Assembly: GCA_965201075.1 (NCBI GenBank) | Contig: CBDAVP010000003.1 | Coordinates: 62,001-126,000, forward strand | Length of the DNA stretch: 64,000 bases | Direction of reading: 5' to 3' | DNA from: Isosphaeraceae bacterium | Lineage (GTDB): Bacteria > Planctomycetota > Planctomycetia > Isosphaerales > Isosphaeraceae | In this document: piece after piece, positions 19,069 to 29,032 of the stretch | Numbering within the stretch: the first letter of the stretch is position 1 | How the letters are laid out: every line of letters starts with the position of its first letter | The notes under the pieces: model-generated | Databases searched by the model: none | Told to the model about the DNA's origin: nothing | The model's input: only the letters and a program-made list of their open reading frames with translations | Made by a program: the position numbers and the translations under genes

Positions 19069-21477
19069 TCAGAAGAGTGATACTTGGGCCTTCGGCAGTT
19101 TCGCGCGCACAATCTGGCTATGCAGCGCCGACAACTTCGTCGGGTAGGCCCCGCCCAGGTGAACGAAGACATTTCGGCCCGCCCCACCATCAAAGACAAC
19201 CCGTTGCGGACGCTGGACCTGATCCAACCCGGTAAAGGTGATGGAATCGTTGCCGCTCCCACCTTCAATCGTGGCCGCCGAAACCGGATTGCGGAAGTCG
19301 ATGACCGGGCGGTTCGGCAGGGTTGTCAGCCGGGAAATTCCGTCGTTGGCCACCGAGTTGTCGGACAGGTTGTACTTTCCCCCGTCGTTGGGCAACAGGA
19401 AGACCCGGTTCAGCGCTACCGACGCATCCACGACCCCTGGATAATTGACGTACTGGACCACGTTTCCATCGAAGTTGATGCTATGACCACTCGTCTCGTC
19501 ATAGGTGATCGTGTTGAGAGTTCCGGGGACATCCGCCGAGAACAGACTCGTCCCGGATCCCACGAACGTGACGGAACTCGGTCGGCTCAGCGAGTCGAGG
19601 CCTTCATAAAGGAAGGGGGCGTTCCCCACGGCCTGGAAAGTCAGGGCGGTTGACGGGTTGCGGAAGTCCATCACCTGGCCGGTGATCGGCTCGGTGAGTC
19701 GAGAGATTCCCGATCCCGGTGTCGCGCCATCGCTGACCTGCTGCCCCACCCCGGGCGCGGTCTGGATCACCAGATTGGTGGCCGTGACGTTGTCGAAGAC
19801 CGAGCCCCAGTTGGGAAAATTCACTCCCCGGCCGTCGAACCAGGCCACCTTCGCCCCCAGGTTATAACTGACGTTCGTGGCCGTCCCATTGAACACCAAC
19901 TGGCTGCTACCGACCGTCCCTCCCCCATCCAGGTTGATATTCGCCGGCCGCCCAGCCGGGTCGATACCATTGTAGGTCAACAGCGTGTTGCCCCCCGACA
20001 CCTGCAGAGCCAGGGCGTTGGAAGGGTTGTAGAAGCTGATCCCCCGGCCCGTGGCCAGGTTGGACTCGACGGAGATCCCCGCGCCAGAAACCGGTCCATC
20101 GCCGAGTTGGGCCTTGGCGTCGGGAGCCAGACGAATCGTCAGGTTCTGGGAGTGGACCTCGTCGTTGAGCGTCCCTCGAAAGTTGGCGAGGTTGATCGGC
20201 AAACCATCCAGCGAGAAGACCGACGCCCCATCGTCAAACACCGCGTCGACCGCCGAGCCCTGGAGGTTCACCGTGGTCGAGCCGGTCCCGCTGTCGAGGA
20301 CGACCCCCGAGGGACGGTTGACCGCGTCCAACCCCTGAAACGTCAGGGTCGAGCCGTTGCCGGTGGCCTTCACCCCCAGCGATTGGGTCGGGTTGAAGAA
20401 GTCAATCGACTGGCCCGTCGACGGGACGCTGATCATCGAAAAGCCGTCCGCGGCGGTTCCGTCGTCGGAAAGGACCTGGTTGACCCCCGGGCCTCCCTGG
20501 AACGCCAGATTCTGGGCGACGATGGCGTCGCGGACGGTCCCGAATCCGGGATAGGCCAGCGTCACCCCGTCCAGATTCGCGAGGGTGTTGGGCAGGTCGA
20601 ACGACACGCTCCCGTTGCCGCCGCCCAGGACGAGGGTGCTCCCGGAATTTCCGTAGAAGCCCAGGTTCGCCGGCCGGCCGATCGGGTCCAGCCCGTTGAA
20701 CCCGATCTGGGATTGGCCGGACCCTGCCCGGATCGCCAGCGATTGACTCGGATTTCGGAAGATGAACGCCGTGCCGACGGCGGGGTCGACCAACCGAGAC
20801 AGGCCGTCGCCGGTCGTGGAGTCGTCGGCCACCGTAACGCTCTCTCCCGCGCCTAGCTGGAACGCGAGGTGCGAAGCGAAGAGATTGTCGTGCATCGTGA
20901 CGCCGCTGTAAGTGATCGAGCGGCCATCGATAAAGGCGGTCGGGACCGCCAGGGATTGGTCGAACCCGACATTGGTGGCCGTACCGCTTAGGAACAAGTC
21001 GGCAGGAGTCGACTCCCCGCCGGCCACCTGGGCCGGGAAGTCGCCAGTGATCTGGACCTGGTCGCCGACCCCTCCCCCGGTATTGATTCCAATGTAATTC
21101 AAGGAGGTGAAGGCCGCGGTTGTTACCCCCGTGGTATCAATCAAGTTGGCCCCTGGACCGCCTTGAAGCTTGATGCCCGAGAGCCCGGAGGCCAGGGCCG
21201 CTCCCGACTGAGGGGCCAGACCATTGACCAGAACCTGGCCATTGTTCGACGAGATGACAATCGGGTCGGCAAAGTCGCTCGTGACGCTCAGAACGCCGCC
21301 GACGACCGCCGACGTCACCGCCGGGACCGCCCGACCTTCCAGTCCTTCCAGCGCCGGCCGTCGCCGGACCCTCGTGAGCGAACCCGTCGAGGATCGTTCG
21401 CGTCCCTGCCAAAGCCAGCCGAATGCTCGTCGACCGCAATCCTCAAGAAAGCCCAGGAAAAGAATCCATCCAATCAT
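19069..21477 (-). CDS. Planctomycete extracellular/surface protein with five ~122-aa repeats
   Basis: RRRPALEGLEGRAVPA export motif; Gly/Asn/Thr-rich beta-type composition; repeated D..G.S...F.NP...GLD...RP. Confidence 0.8.
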   Translation of the reverse strand: MIGWILFLGFLEDCGRRAFGWLWQGRERSSTGSLTRVRRRPALEGLEGRAVPAVTSAVVGGVLSVTSDFADPIVISSNNGQVLVNGLAPQSGAALASGLSGIKLQGGPGANLIDTTGVTTAAFTSLNYIGINTGGGVGDQVQITGDFPAQVAGGESTPADLFLSGTATNVGFDQSLAVPTAFIDGRSITYSGVTMHDNLFASHLAFQLGAGESVTVADDSTTGDGLSRLVDPAVGTAFIFRNPSQSLAIRAGSGQSQIGFNGLDPIGRPANLGFYGNSGSTLVLGGGNGSVSFDLPNTLANLDGVTLAYPGFGTVRDAIVAQNLAFQGGPGVNQVLSDDGTAADGFSMISVPSTGQSIDFFNPTQSLGVKATGNGSTLTFQGLDAVNRPSGVVLDSGTGSTTVNLQGSAVDAVFDDGASVFSLDGLPINLANFRGTLNDEVHSQNLTIRLAPDAKAQLGDGPVSGAGISVESNLATGRGISFYNPSNALALQVSGGNTLLTYNGIDPAGRPANINLDGGGTVGSSQLVFNGTATNVSYNLGAKVAWFDGRGVNFPNWGSVFDNVTATNLVIQTAPGVGQQVSDGATPGSGISRLTEPITGQVMDFRNPSTALTFQAVGNAPFLYEGLDSLSRPSSVTFVGSGTSLFSADVPGTLNTITYDETSGHSINFDGNVVQYVNYPGVVDASVALNRVFLLPNDGGKYNLSDNSVANDGISRLTTLPNRPVIDFRNPVSAATIEGGSGNDSITFTGLDQVQRPQRVVFDGGAGRNVFVHLGGAYPTKLSALHSQIVRAKLPKAQVSLF

Positions 21478-21809
21478 GGCGAGTCATCCTTGTAGGGGAT
21501 CTCGGCGGGACAGGCCCCGTCGGGCGAATCCTCTCAAGGATTCCCCCTAGCACTTGGACAGCGGCGTCATCTGGGCCTTCATACATGGTCTACGCGAATT
21601 ACCTATCGTTCCTCGATCCCCCATGGGTGGAGTCAAAGCGTGAAATCGGGCGAGGTCTCTTCGGAAAAGCCGGGCGTGGTGGGTCGACGGGGGGTGGGGG
21701 AGTGTTAAACTGGAGAGTCTCGCCGCCCATGTCGCGGCGATGCCCTCTCGGGACGGCCTCGGCAGGCCCCGGGCGGGCCGTCGCGAGAATTCGTTCCGGG
21801 AGGACGGCC

Positions 21810-24491
21810 ATGGCCCGTCGGCAGCCTTCAATCACCGCCCCTCCTTGGGCGGCGGACCTCCCGGTCCTGGAAACGGTTTTGACCAACGGCCTCAAGGTGC
21901 TGGTCCTGCCCCGCGAGGGCAGTTCCACCGTGGTTTGCGACCTGTACTACCCCGCCGGGTCGGTCAACGAGCCGGCGGGCCGTTCCGGGCTGGCCCACTT
22001 CGTCGAGCACATGCTGTTCAAGGGGACCGACCGGTTCCCCAAGGGGCATGTCGACCGCCTGACCTTCGCCGCCGCCGGTCAAGCCAACGCCGAGACCAGC
22101 GAGGACGCCACTCACTACTGGTTCGCCTTCCCCTCCGACCGCTGGGAACTGGCCCTACCAGTCGAGGCCGACCGGATGCGCGGGGCCCGCTTCGACCCCG
22201 CCGAGGTGGAGGCGGAACGGCATGTCATCGTGGAGGAACGGGCCAGGGACCTCGACTCGCCACTGGGCCGGATCGACCAGACCCACCTGGCCCTCTCGTA
22301 CCTGGTCCACCCCTACCGCAACCCGGTCCTGGGCTGGCCGGACGACCTGCGACGGGCGTCGGTGGCCGACCTGCGCGGCTTCTACGACACCCATTATCGG
22401 CCCGATGGCGCCGTGATGATCGTGGTCGGTGGGGTTGAACCTTCAAGAGTTTTCGACCGCGTCGAGGCTCACTTCGGCGTCTTGAAGCGAGGGACCGTGG
22501 TCCTCCCGAACCTGGAAGTGGCGGAGCCTCGCCAGGCGGGTCGTCGGGATTTTACCTTGAGGGAATCCGACGCCGTGGCCCGCGGCCTGCTCGGCTGGCA
22601 TAGCGTTCCCCGCGACCATCCCGACGTGCCGGCCCTGGACGTCCTTTCCGACATCCTCACCTGCGGACGACGCTCTCGCCTCTGGGATGCTTTGGTCGAG
22701 CGGGGACGGCTGGCGACTTATGTTGACGCCGCCCAGGAGCCTTCGCGACTCGCCGGTCAATTCCTGATCCAGGTCGAGGCCGCCCCGGGCGCCGAGCCTC
22801 GCAAGATCGAGGACGTGATCCGGTCATTGCTGGAAGACCTGGCCGACCAGGGACCGACCGACGAGGAACTGGGCCGCTCGCGCAACCGCCTGGAATCGGC
22901 CTGGCGTTGGGAGCAAGAAGACCAGGCCGGGCTCGCCGCCGGTTTGGGACAGGCGGCCCTTTGGGGGAACTGGCGAACCTGGCAGGCGGAACGTCGAGGC
23001 GCCCTGGCCGTTTCCGCCGAGGACATTCGTCGGGTCGCCTCGATGTATCTGGTGGAAGACGCTTTGACTGCGGGTTGGTGTCTCCCCCGGTCCTCCCGGT
23101 CGATGGCGATCCTCCTGCCGTCGGAAGTCCGGCCCAACCCGGCCCCGCCCCGTCCGGTGACAATCCCGGAAGCTCAGCGTCCCCTGGGTCTGACGATACC
23201 CCGTGGCGTGCCGTCCCTGGAAGGCTACCTCCCCGCGCGGTCCGCGCTTTCCAATGGCTTGCGAGTCATCTCGGAGCGAAGGCCGGGGACCGGTACCGTG
23301 GCCATCGAGCTGCACGTGGACGCGGGGCAGGTCCACGAGGCGAGGCCCGGCCTGGCGCATCTGGTTGGCCGAATGCGCGAGGAGGGGACGTCCAGTCGCT
23401 CGGCCGAGGATCTCGCCGGGGCGATCGAGGACGTGGGCGGAGTTCTGGAGATCGGCTCGACCGGGGCCTCGCTCCGAGTTCGGTCGGAAGACCTACCACT
23501 GGCTTTGGAAATCCTGGCCGACCTGACGCTCCGGCCGGCGTTCCCCCGAGAGGCTCTGGCCTGGGCGAAGCGACGGACCTCAGCGGAGTTGCAGGCCGAC
23601 CGCGACGACCCGTCGTTTCGGGCCGAAATGGCCTTCCGGGCCCTGGTTTACGGCGACCACCCCCTCGGCCGTGATCCCCGCGGGACGTCTCGCCAACTTT
23701 CTGCCCTGACCCTTGATGACGTGCGGGACCACCACGACCGTCTCTGGATTCCGGGAAACGCCTTCCTCGTCGCGGTGGGCGACTTCGAGGACCGCCGCCT
23801 GAAGTCGCTCCTTCGGTCACAACTGGGCCCCTGGTCGTCTCGGGGTCCAGTCCCTCCCAGGGTCGACCCGCCCCTCCTGGCCAGCCGCCCCCGTCTGAAA
23901 CGGATCTCGCAAGTCGGGGAGCAGGTCCACATCCTGATCGGGCACCTGGGCATCCGCCGGGACGACGAGGACTTCGCCGCATTGGCCGTGCTGGACCACG
24001 TCCTCGGCAGCGGGCCCGGGTTCACCGACCGCCTTGGCCGGATCATTCGCGACCAGTTGGGTTTGGCCTACTCGGTCGGTGGGGGAATCACCGACTCGGC
24101 CGACGACCTGCCGGGGCTGTTTCGGGTCTACCTGGGCACGAACCCCGACGATGCCGATCGCGCGGTCGCCGCGGTGCTGGAGCAGGTGGGGGCGATGCAC
24201 CGGGGCGAATTTGGTGACGACGAAGTCGAGCGGGCCCGCCGCTACCTGGCGGGCTCCTGGATCTTCGACTACCAGACCGTGGGGCAGCGGGCCGACCGCC
24301 TCTTGGAACTGGAGCGTTGGGGCCTGCCGCTGGACGAGCCGCTCCAATGGCCCGGCCGGGTGGCCCGCGTCACGCCGGGTCAGGTCCGCCGGGCGGCCCG
24401 TCGTCACCTGCATCCCGACGCCCTGGCCCGCGTGGAGTTCGGCCCGATCCGCCGCCGAACCCTCGGAGCCGCCGACGCCGAGTGTGCCTGA
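21810..24491 (+). CDS. M16 (pitrilysin/insulinase) family zinc peptidase, two-half form
   Basis: GLAHFVEHMLFKGT (HXXEH) in the N-half; degenerate second half; GGAGG SD before ATG 21810. Confidence 0.95.
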   Translation: MARRQPSITAPPWAADLPVLETVLTNGLKVLVLPREGSSTVVCDLYYPAGSVNEPAGRSGLAHFVEHMLFKGTDRFPKGHVDRLTFAAAGQANAETSEDATHYWFAFPSDRWELALPVEADRMRGARFDPAEVEAERHVIVEERARDLDSPLGRIDQTHLALSYLVHPYRNPVLGWPDDLRRASVADLRGFYDTHYRPDGAVMIVVGGVEPSRVFDRVEAHFGVLKRGTVVLPNLEVAEPRQAGRRDFTLRESDAVARGLLGWHSVPRDHPDVPALDVLSDILTCGRRSRLWDALVERGRLATYVDAAQEPSRLAGQFLIQVEAAPGAEPRKIEDVIRSLLEDLADQGPTDEELGRSRNRLESAWRWEQEDQAGLAAGLGQAALWGNWRTWQAERRGALAVSAEDIRRVASMYLVEDALTAGWCLPRSSRSMAILLPSEVRPNPAPPRPVTIPEAQRPLGLTIPRGVPSLEGYLPARSALSNGLRVISERRPGTGTVAIELHVDAGQVHEARPGLAHLVGRMREEGTSSRSAEDLAGAIEDVGGVLEIGSTGASLRVRSEDLPLALEILADLTLRPAFPREALAWAKRRTSAELQADRDDPSFRAEMAFRALVYGDHPLGRDPRGTSRQLSALTLDDVRDHHDRLWIPGNAFLVAVGDFEDRRLKSLLRSQLGPWSSRGPVPPRVDPPLLASRPRLKRISQVGEQVHILIGHLGIRRDDEDFAALAVLDHVLGSGPGFTDRLGRIIRDQLGLAYSVGGGITDSADDLPGLFRVYLGTNPDDADRAVAAVLEQVGAMHRGEFGDDEVERARRYLAGSWIFDYQTVGQRADRLLELERWGLPLDEPLQWPGRVARVTPGQVRRAARRHLHPDALARVEFGPIRRRTLGAADAECA

Positions 24492-24562
24492 GCGTCGAGG
24501 TCAATCAGTCTTCGGCTTAGGGCCATTTATTTCTCCATTGGCCTTGCAATCGGGGACTGGCT

Positions 24563-24580
24563 CTGGCGGTACTCCGCCAG
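24563..24580. terminator. Hairpin between convergent genes
   Basis: CTGGCGG-TACT-CCGCCAG. Confidence 0.3.
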
Positions 24581-24669
24581 TACCTGTCCCCCATTCCGGG
24601 GCCCGGTGGGCGACGCGGGAGGGACCACAGTCGGCGAAAGAGAGCCCTTAGGTCCATCCAAACTGGGAA

Positions 24670-25353
24670 CTAAATGGCCCTGGTCTTCGGCAGGGTCGCC
24701 ACGAAATCGCTCCAGAGTTCATCCAGCGTGAGCCCCGTGTACTCGCGGAAAAGTGCCTTCTTGTAGTGCCCTTCGCGGCACGCCCGGTTGAGCTTGGGCA
24801 CAAGGTTGGGGTCGTGCTGCTGGGCGGCGAATTCCAGGAACATCGCGGTCGTCTTGTAGGCGTCGCGGTAACTGGCCTTCTCGGGGTCGAGGCGAGGCCG
24901 GGGGGCGTCGGGCTCGAAGTCGACGATGCGGACGTAGTCGGCGATTCCCTCGACCAGCCAGCCGGGATTGCCCCCCGGGTAGTTCTGTACGACGTGGGTC
25001 AACTCGTGGATGGCCATGCCGAAGTCGTCGAGGTGGTCTTTCAGATATTCGCCCGAGAACGTGATGGTATTCCCGCTGGCGTAGGCGATGGCCTCGGCCT
25101 TGGGCTTGAAGACCAGGCGGACCGTCCGGGGCGGTTGAAATCCGGGGCTTTTCAGTTCGTCGCAGATTTTGGGCATCCAGGTTTCGCAGAGGGTCTTGGC
25201 CTTGCCCGCCCAGTCGGCGAACTCGGGAGCCTCGGTGGTGTCGACCTCGAACCGACACGCCGGCTCGGCGGGTTTGGGCTCATCGGCCCCGGTCGATGAC
25301 CCGAGCCACACGAACGTGAGCGCCACCAGAAACCGGCCGGGGGATTGCGCCAT
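24670..25353 (-). CDS. Basic secretory protein (BSP)-family putative zinc peptidase, secreted
   Basis: Signal peptide; HELTHVVQ.Y and PGWLVEGIADYVR; Y..TA.FL. Confidence 0.88.
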   Translation of the reverse strand: MAQSPGRFLVALTFVWLGSSTGADEPKPAEPACRFEVDTTEAPEFADWAGKAKTLCETWMPKICDELKSPGFQPPRTVRLVFKPKAEAIAYASGNTITFSGEYLKDHLDDFGMAIHELTHVVQNYPGGNPGWLVEGIADYVRIVDFEPDAPRPRLDPEKASYRDAYKTTAMFLEFAAQQHDPNLVPKLNRACREGHYKKALFREYTGLTLDELWSDFVATLPKTRAI

Positions 25354-25405
25354 GAGGTGACCTCTTCACTTTGGGTTGAAGAACGGTTGCCGGTTCCCAA
25401 CCCGA

Positions 25406-26611
25406 TCAATAGTCGTCCGGGCCGAGCGGGCCCTGACGATATTGGGTTGGCAGGGAACTCCCAGCGGGGGTGATGAGCTTGCTGTACACCGCGCCGTCGA
25501 TGTTGGCGGAGATCACGCGGACGGAGCCGTCGCACATCCCGACAACGATCTTCCCGTCGGGGTGAAGACTGTTCGCCACGGGGGACGAGCCTTGCTGGCG
25601 ATGACCCAATCGCACGCCGGAGTTGATCGCCTCGAACGAATCCCTGACGTTGGCCCGTTTCCAGCCGGAACCGGGAGTGGAGCCGACTTCGGAGAGGTCG
25701 CCGACGGTTGAGCAGTTGCGTCGATGGCCATCCCCGTCGGTGCAGACGTCGTCGGAAGCCACGAACCCGCAGAAATTGGGGTGCGGGCAGGCCCAGTTGG
25801 TGGTGACCCCGTTGGCGTAAGGGGAATTCTCGGAGGCGCCGGCCTGGACATTCTCGGCGAGCAGGATGGTGTAACCAAGGCCGTCGGTGATCGACTGGGA
25901 ACTGGTCCGATGGTCCCAAGGGGCCTTACCCGTGGACGTGCCGAGCTGCATCACGCCGGTCTGACTGGCGACGGCCTGCCCCCAGTCCAGGCTTGGGCCA
26001 TCGCTTCCGCCGGTCTTGGTCCCGGTCCACCCATAGGCGTTTCCTTCGGCGTGCCAGCGAGTGAAGCCGAGGTTGACGCCATAGGAAAGGTTCCCTCGGT
26101 CGGTCGACACCGTTTGATCGAAGGGACAGACGAAGATGCCGATTTCCGTTTGGCTGATGGCCTTGTTCGTCGGATGCGCCGGATCATCTCCGGGCCGACC
26201 GTCATCCAGATAAGATCTTTGACGGTTGAAATTGTTGTAGAGGTTGTCATTCCCCGTGTAAGGAAGGATGTCGACCACCCAATTGTACAGCGGGCCAACA
26301 TCGGGAGTTCCGGAGGTTGCCACGGAGAATCGTCCTCGAAACGTGTCGCGAATCACGGAGTCGTCCGGGTTCCCCGAACCAAGGGCTAGGGGCGATTCTC
26401 CGTAAGTGCCCGACGCGGGGAACGCCCCTTTCTCGGAGAGAAAACCTTGAAGCGCGAGGTTGAGTTGCCTCACATTATTGAGGCATTGGGTCTTGGCATG
26501 ACCCCCGTGGCCGCGTTGCGTCATGGGCATGAACAACACGAAAGCCAGTAGCAAGACGCTGATCAGGACCAACCCCTCGACCATCGTCCATCCACGTCGA
26601 GAATCGCCCAT
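25406..26611 (-). CDS. DUF1559 prepilin-like protein
   Basis: RRG|WTMVE + hydrophobic stretch, QCLNNVRQL.LA, W.V.ILPY, ITDGL..TIL.AE, SLHP.G....MCDGSVR. Confidence 0.9.
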   Translation of the reverse strand: MGDSRRGWTMVEGLVLISVLLLAFVLFMPMTQRGHGGHAKTQCLNNVRQLNLALQGFLSEKGAFPASGTYGESPLALGSGNPDDSVIRDTFRGRFSVATSGTPDVGPLYNWVVDILPYTGNDNLYNNFNRQRSYLDDGRPGDDPAHPTNKAISQTEIGIFVCPFDQTVSTDRGNLSYGVNLGFTRWHAEGNAYGWTGTKTGGSDGPSLDWGQAVASQTGVMQLGTSTGKAPWDHRTSSQSITDGLGYTILLAENVQAGASENSPYANGVTTNWACPHPNFCGFVASDDVCTDGDGHRRNCSTVGDLSEVGSTPGSGWKRANVRDSFEAINSGVRLGHRQQGSSPVANSLHPDGKIVVGMCDGSVRVISANIDGAVYSKLITPAGSSLPTQYRQGPLGPDDY

Positions 26612-26695
26612 CGTCTCGCCCTCCGGGGAAGTCGTGCGGACTGGGACAATCGTCGGTATGCCGTCCTGGAAAGGCAAGTACCGATGGTTCGACGG

Positions 26696-26723
26696 CGACG
26701 CCCGGCCTCCATTCCGGGCGTCG
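26696..26723 (-). terminator. 10-bp-stem hairpin downstream of glgX
   Basis: CGACGCCCGG-N8-CCGGGCGTCG, about 35 nt after the glgX stop. Confidence 0.5.
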
Positions 26724-26757
26724 GGATCTCGACAGCGATGCGTCCATCTCCAACCGA

Positions 26758-28890
26758 TCAGTCTTGGGACTTGACGGCTTTGGCATCCCGAGAACAGAGG
26801 CAGAACAAGGCGACCGACCGCCCCTGCAACAAATAGTCCTGCTTCTGTTCGTGGAACGACGACTGGGCCCCGGGGTCGGCCGTGTCGAAGAGCCTTTCCC
26901 AGTGGCGTTCGTCCTGGTGCGGCGGCATGGTGAACGGGATCGGTTCGTGGTAGGCGTTCAGGAGCATCATGACGGTGTCGCCGATGATGGGGTTGCCGTC
27001 GTCGTCGACGTCGCCGATCTGGTCGCCCGCCAGGCGGACGCCGACGCACTGGACGAACCCAGCTTCCCAGGCGCTTTCATCCATCTCCTCGCCCGAGGGT
27101 GCCAGCCAGGAAATGTCCTTGACCCCACGGATCGGCCGCCCCTTGAAGAACCGCCGTCTTTGGAAGACCGGCTGGGTGTGGCGGATTTCGACCAGCTTCG
27201 CGACGAAGTCGGTGAACGCCTGGTCGTCGGCCGAGAGGTCCCATTCGAACCAGGTCAGGTTGTTGTCCTGGCAATACGCGTTGTTATTGCCGTTTTGGGT
27301 GTGGCCCAACTCGTCGCCGGCGCAGATCATCGGCACCCCTTGCGAGAGCAACAGGGTGGCCATCAGGTTGCGTCGTTGCTGGCCGCGAAGCTTGAGGATG
27401 GCCGGATCGTCGGTGGGTCCCTCGACGCCGCAGTTCCATGAGCGGTTGTCGTCGGCGCCGTCCTTGTTGTCCTCGCCGTTGGCTTCGTTGTGCTTGCCGT
27501 CGTAGGAAACGAGGTCGCGGAGGGTGAACCCGTCGTGGCAGGTGATGAAGTTGATGCTGGCGTAGGGCTTGCGGCCGTCGTCCTGGTAAAGGTCGCTGGA
27601 GCCGCTGAACCGGGTGGCGAACTCGTTGATGGCGCCACCTTCCCCCTTCCAGAACGAGCGGATGCAGTCGCGATACTTGCCGTTCCACTCGGTCCAAAGG
27701 ACCGGGAAGTTGCCGACCTGATAGCCGCCGGGGCCGACGTCCCAGGGCTCGGCGATCAGCTTGACCTGTGAGACGATCGGGTCCTGGTGGATGATGTCGA
27801 AAAACGTCCCGAGGCGGTTGATCTCGTGAAGTTCCCGGGCCAGGGTGCTGGCCAGGTCGAACCGGAAACCGTCGACGTGCATCTCCGTGACCCAGTAGCG
27901 CAGGCTGTCCATGATGAGCTGTAAGACGCGCGGGTGCGACATGTTGGGGACGTTGCCGCAGCCGGTGAAGTCCATGTAGAAGCGGGGGTCCTCGGGCGAG
28001 AGCATGTAGTACGCGACGTTATCGATCCCTTTCATCGACAGCGTCGGCCCCAGGTGATTTCCCTCGGCGGTGTGGTTGTAAACCACGTCGAGAATGACCT
28101 CGATCCCAGCGGCGTGCAGGGCCTTGACCATCCCCTTGAACTCGGCGAGCGGGTTATCCTTCCCATAACGGTGGTCGGGGGCGAAGTAGCCCAGGGTGTT
28201 GTAACCCCAGTAGTTTTTGAGGTCTTTCTCCAGCAGGTGACGATCATCGAGGTGGTAATGGATGGGCAGAAGCTCGACGGCCGTGACGCCGAGTTTCTTC
28301 ATGTGCTCGATGGCGGCCTTGCTGCCAACCGCCTCGTAGGTTCCGCGGATCGCCTCAGGAACGCCGGGGTGGTTCCTGGTGAACCCCTTGACGTGGGCCT
28401 CGTAGATGACGGTCTTGTGCCAGGCGGTGTTGGGGTGGCGATCGTCGCCCCAGTCAAAGGCCGGGTCGACCACCCGGGCCAGAGGCGCGAAGGCGGCCGA
28501 ATCTCGATAGTCGAGGTCCAGGTCTTCCTGTTCTCCGCCCACCTTGTAGGCGAAGACCGAGTCGTCCCATTTCACGTCGCGGCCGATGACCTTGGCATAA
28601 GGGTCGAGCAGCACCTTGGCCGGGTTGAAACGATGCCCCTTCGCCGGCTCATAAGGCCCGTGGACGCGATACCCATAGAGCTGGCCGGGCGGGATGTCCG
28701 TCAGGTAACCATGCCAGACCAGGTCGGTGTGTTCGGGTAGGCGAATCTTGGTCGATTCGTTGGTGGCGTCGGGGGAGTCGAACAGGCAGAGTTCCACCTT
28801 GGTGGCGTTCTCGGCGAAAAGGGCGAAGTTCACGCCCTTGCCATCCCAGGTCGCGCCTAATGGGTTGGGGTGTCCCGGCTTCACTTTCAT
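26758..28890 (-). CDS. glgX: Glycogen debranching enzyme (isoamylase)
   Basis: [59 protein letters not shown]. Confidence 0.98.
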   Translation of the reverse strand: MKVKPGHPNPLGATWDGKGVNFALFAENATKVELCLFDSPDATNESTKIRLPEHTDLVWHGYLTDIPPGQLYGYRVHGPYEPAKGHRFNPAKVLLDPYAKVIGRDVKWDDSVFAYKVGGEQEDLDLDYRDSAAFAPLARVVDPAFDWGDDRHPNTAWHKTVIYEAHVKGFTRNHPGVPEAIRGTYEAVGSKAAIEHMKKLGVTAVELLPIHYHLDDRHLLEKDLKNYWGYNTLGYFAPDHRYGKDNPLAEFKGMVKALHAAGIEVILDVVYNHTAEGNHLGPTLSMKGIDNVAYYMLSPEDPRFYMDFTGCGNVPNMSHPRVLQLIMDSLRYWVTEMHVDGFRFDLASTLARELHEINRLGTFFDIIHQDPIVSQVKLIAEPWDVGPGGYQVGNFPVLWTEWNGKYRDCIRSFWKGEGGAINEFATRFSGSSDLYQDDGRKPYASINFITCHDGFTLRDLVSYDGKHNEANGEDNKDGADDNRSWNCGVEGPTDDPAILKLRGQQRRNLMATLLLSQGVPMICAGDELGHTQNGNNNAYCQDNNLTWFEWDLSADDQAFTDFVAKLVEIRHTQPVFQRRRFFKGRPIRGVKDISWLAPSGEEMDESAWEAGFVQCVGVRLAGDQIGDVDDDGNPIIGDTVMMLLNAYHEPIPFTMPPHQDERHWERLFDTADPGAQSSFHEQKQDYLLQGRSVALFCLCSRDAKAVKSQD

Positions 28891-28976
28891 CGATCAACGT
28901 CCTCGACGGGCGAAACTCTTGGCGGAAGTCCGGCGGGTGGGTCGACAGGGCCCCCGTCGCCTCGCAACCGTCCAGA

Positions 28977-28991
28977 GCAAGCCGGATGCCA
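28977..28991 (-). promoter_or_regulatory. Sigma-54 (-24/-12) promoter of glgX
   Basis: Minus strand cTGGCATCCGGCTTGCt (GG-N10-GC), about 87 bp upstream of ATG. Confidence 0.75.
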
Positions 28992-29032
28992 GCGTCCCAC
29001 GCCCCCCGACTTCGCCCGAACTTCGACCACCG

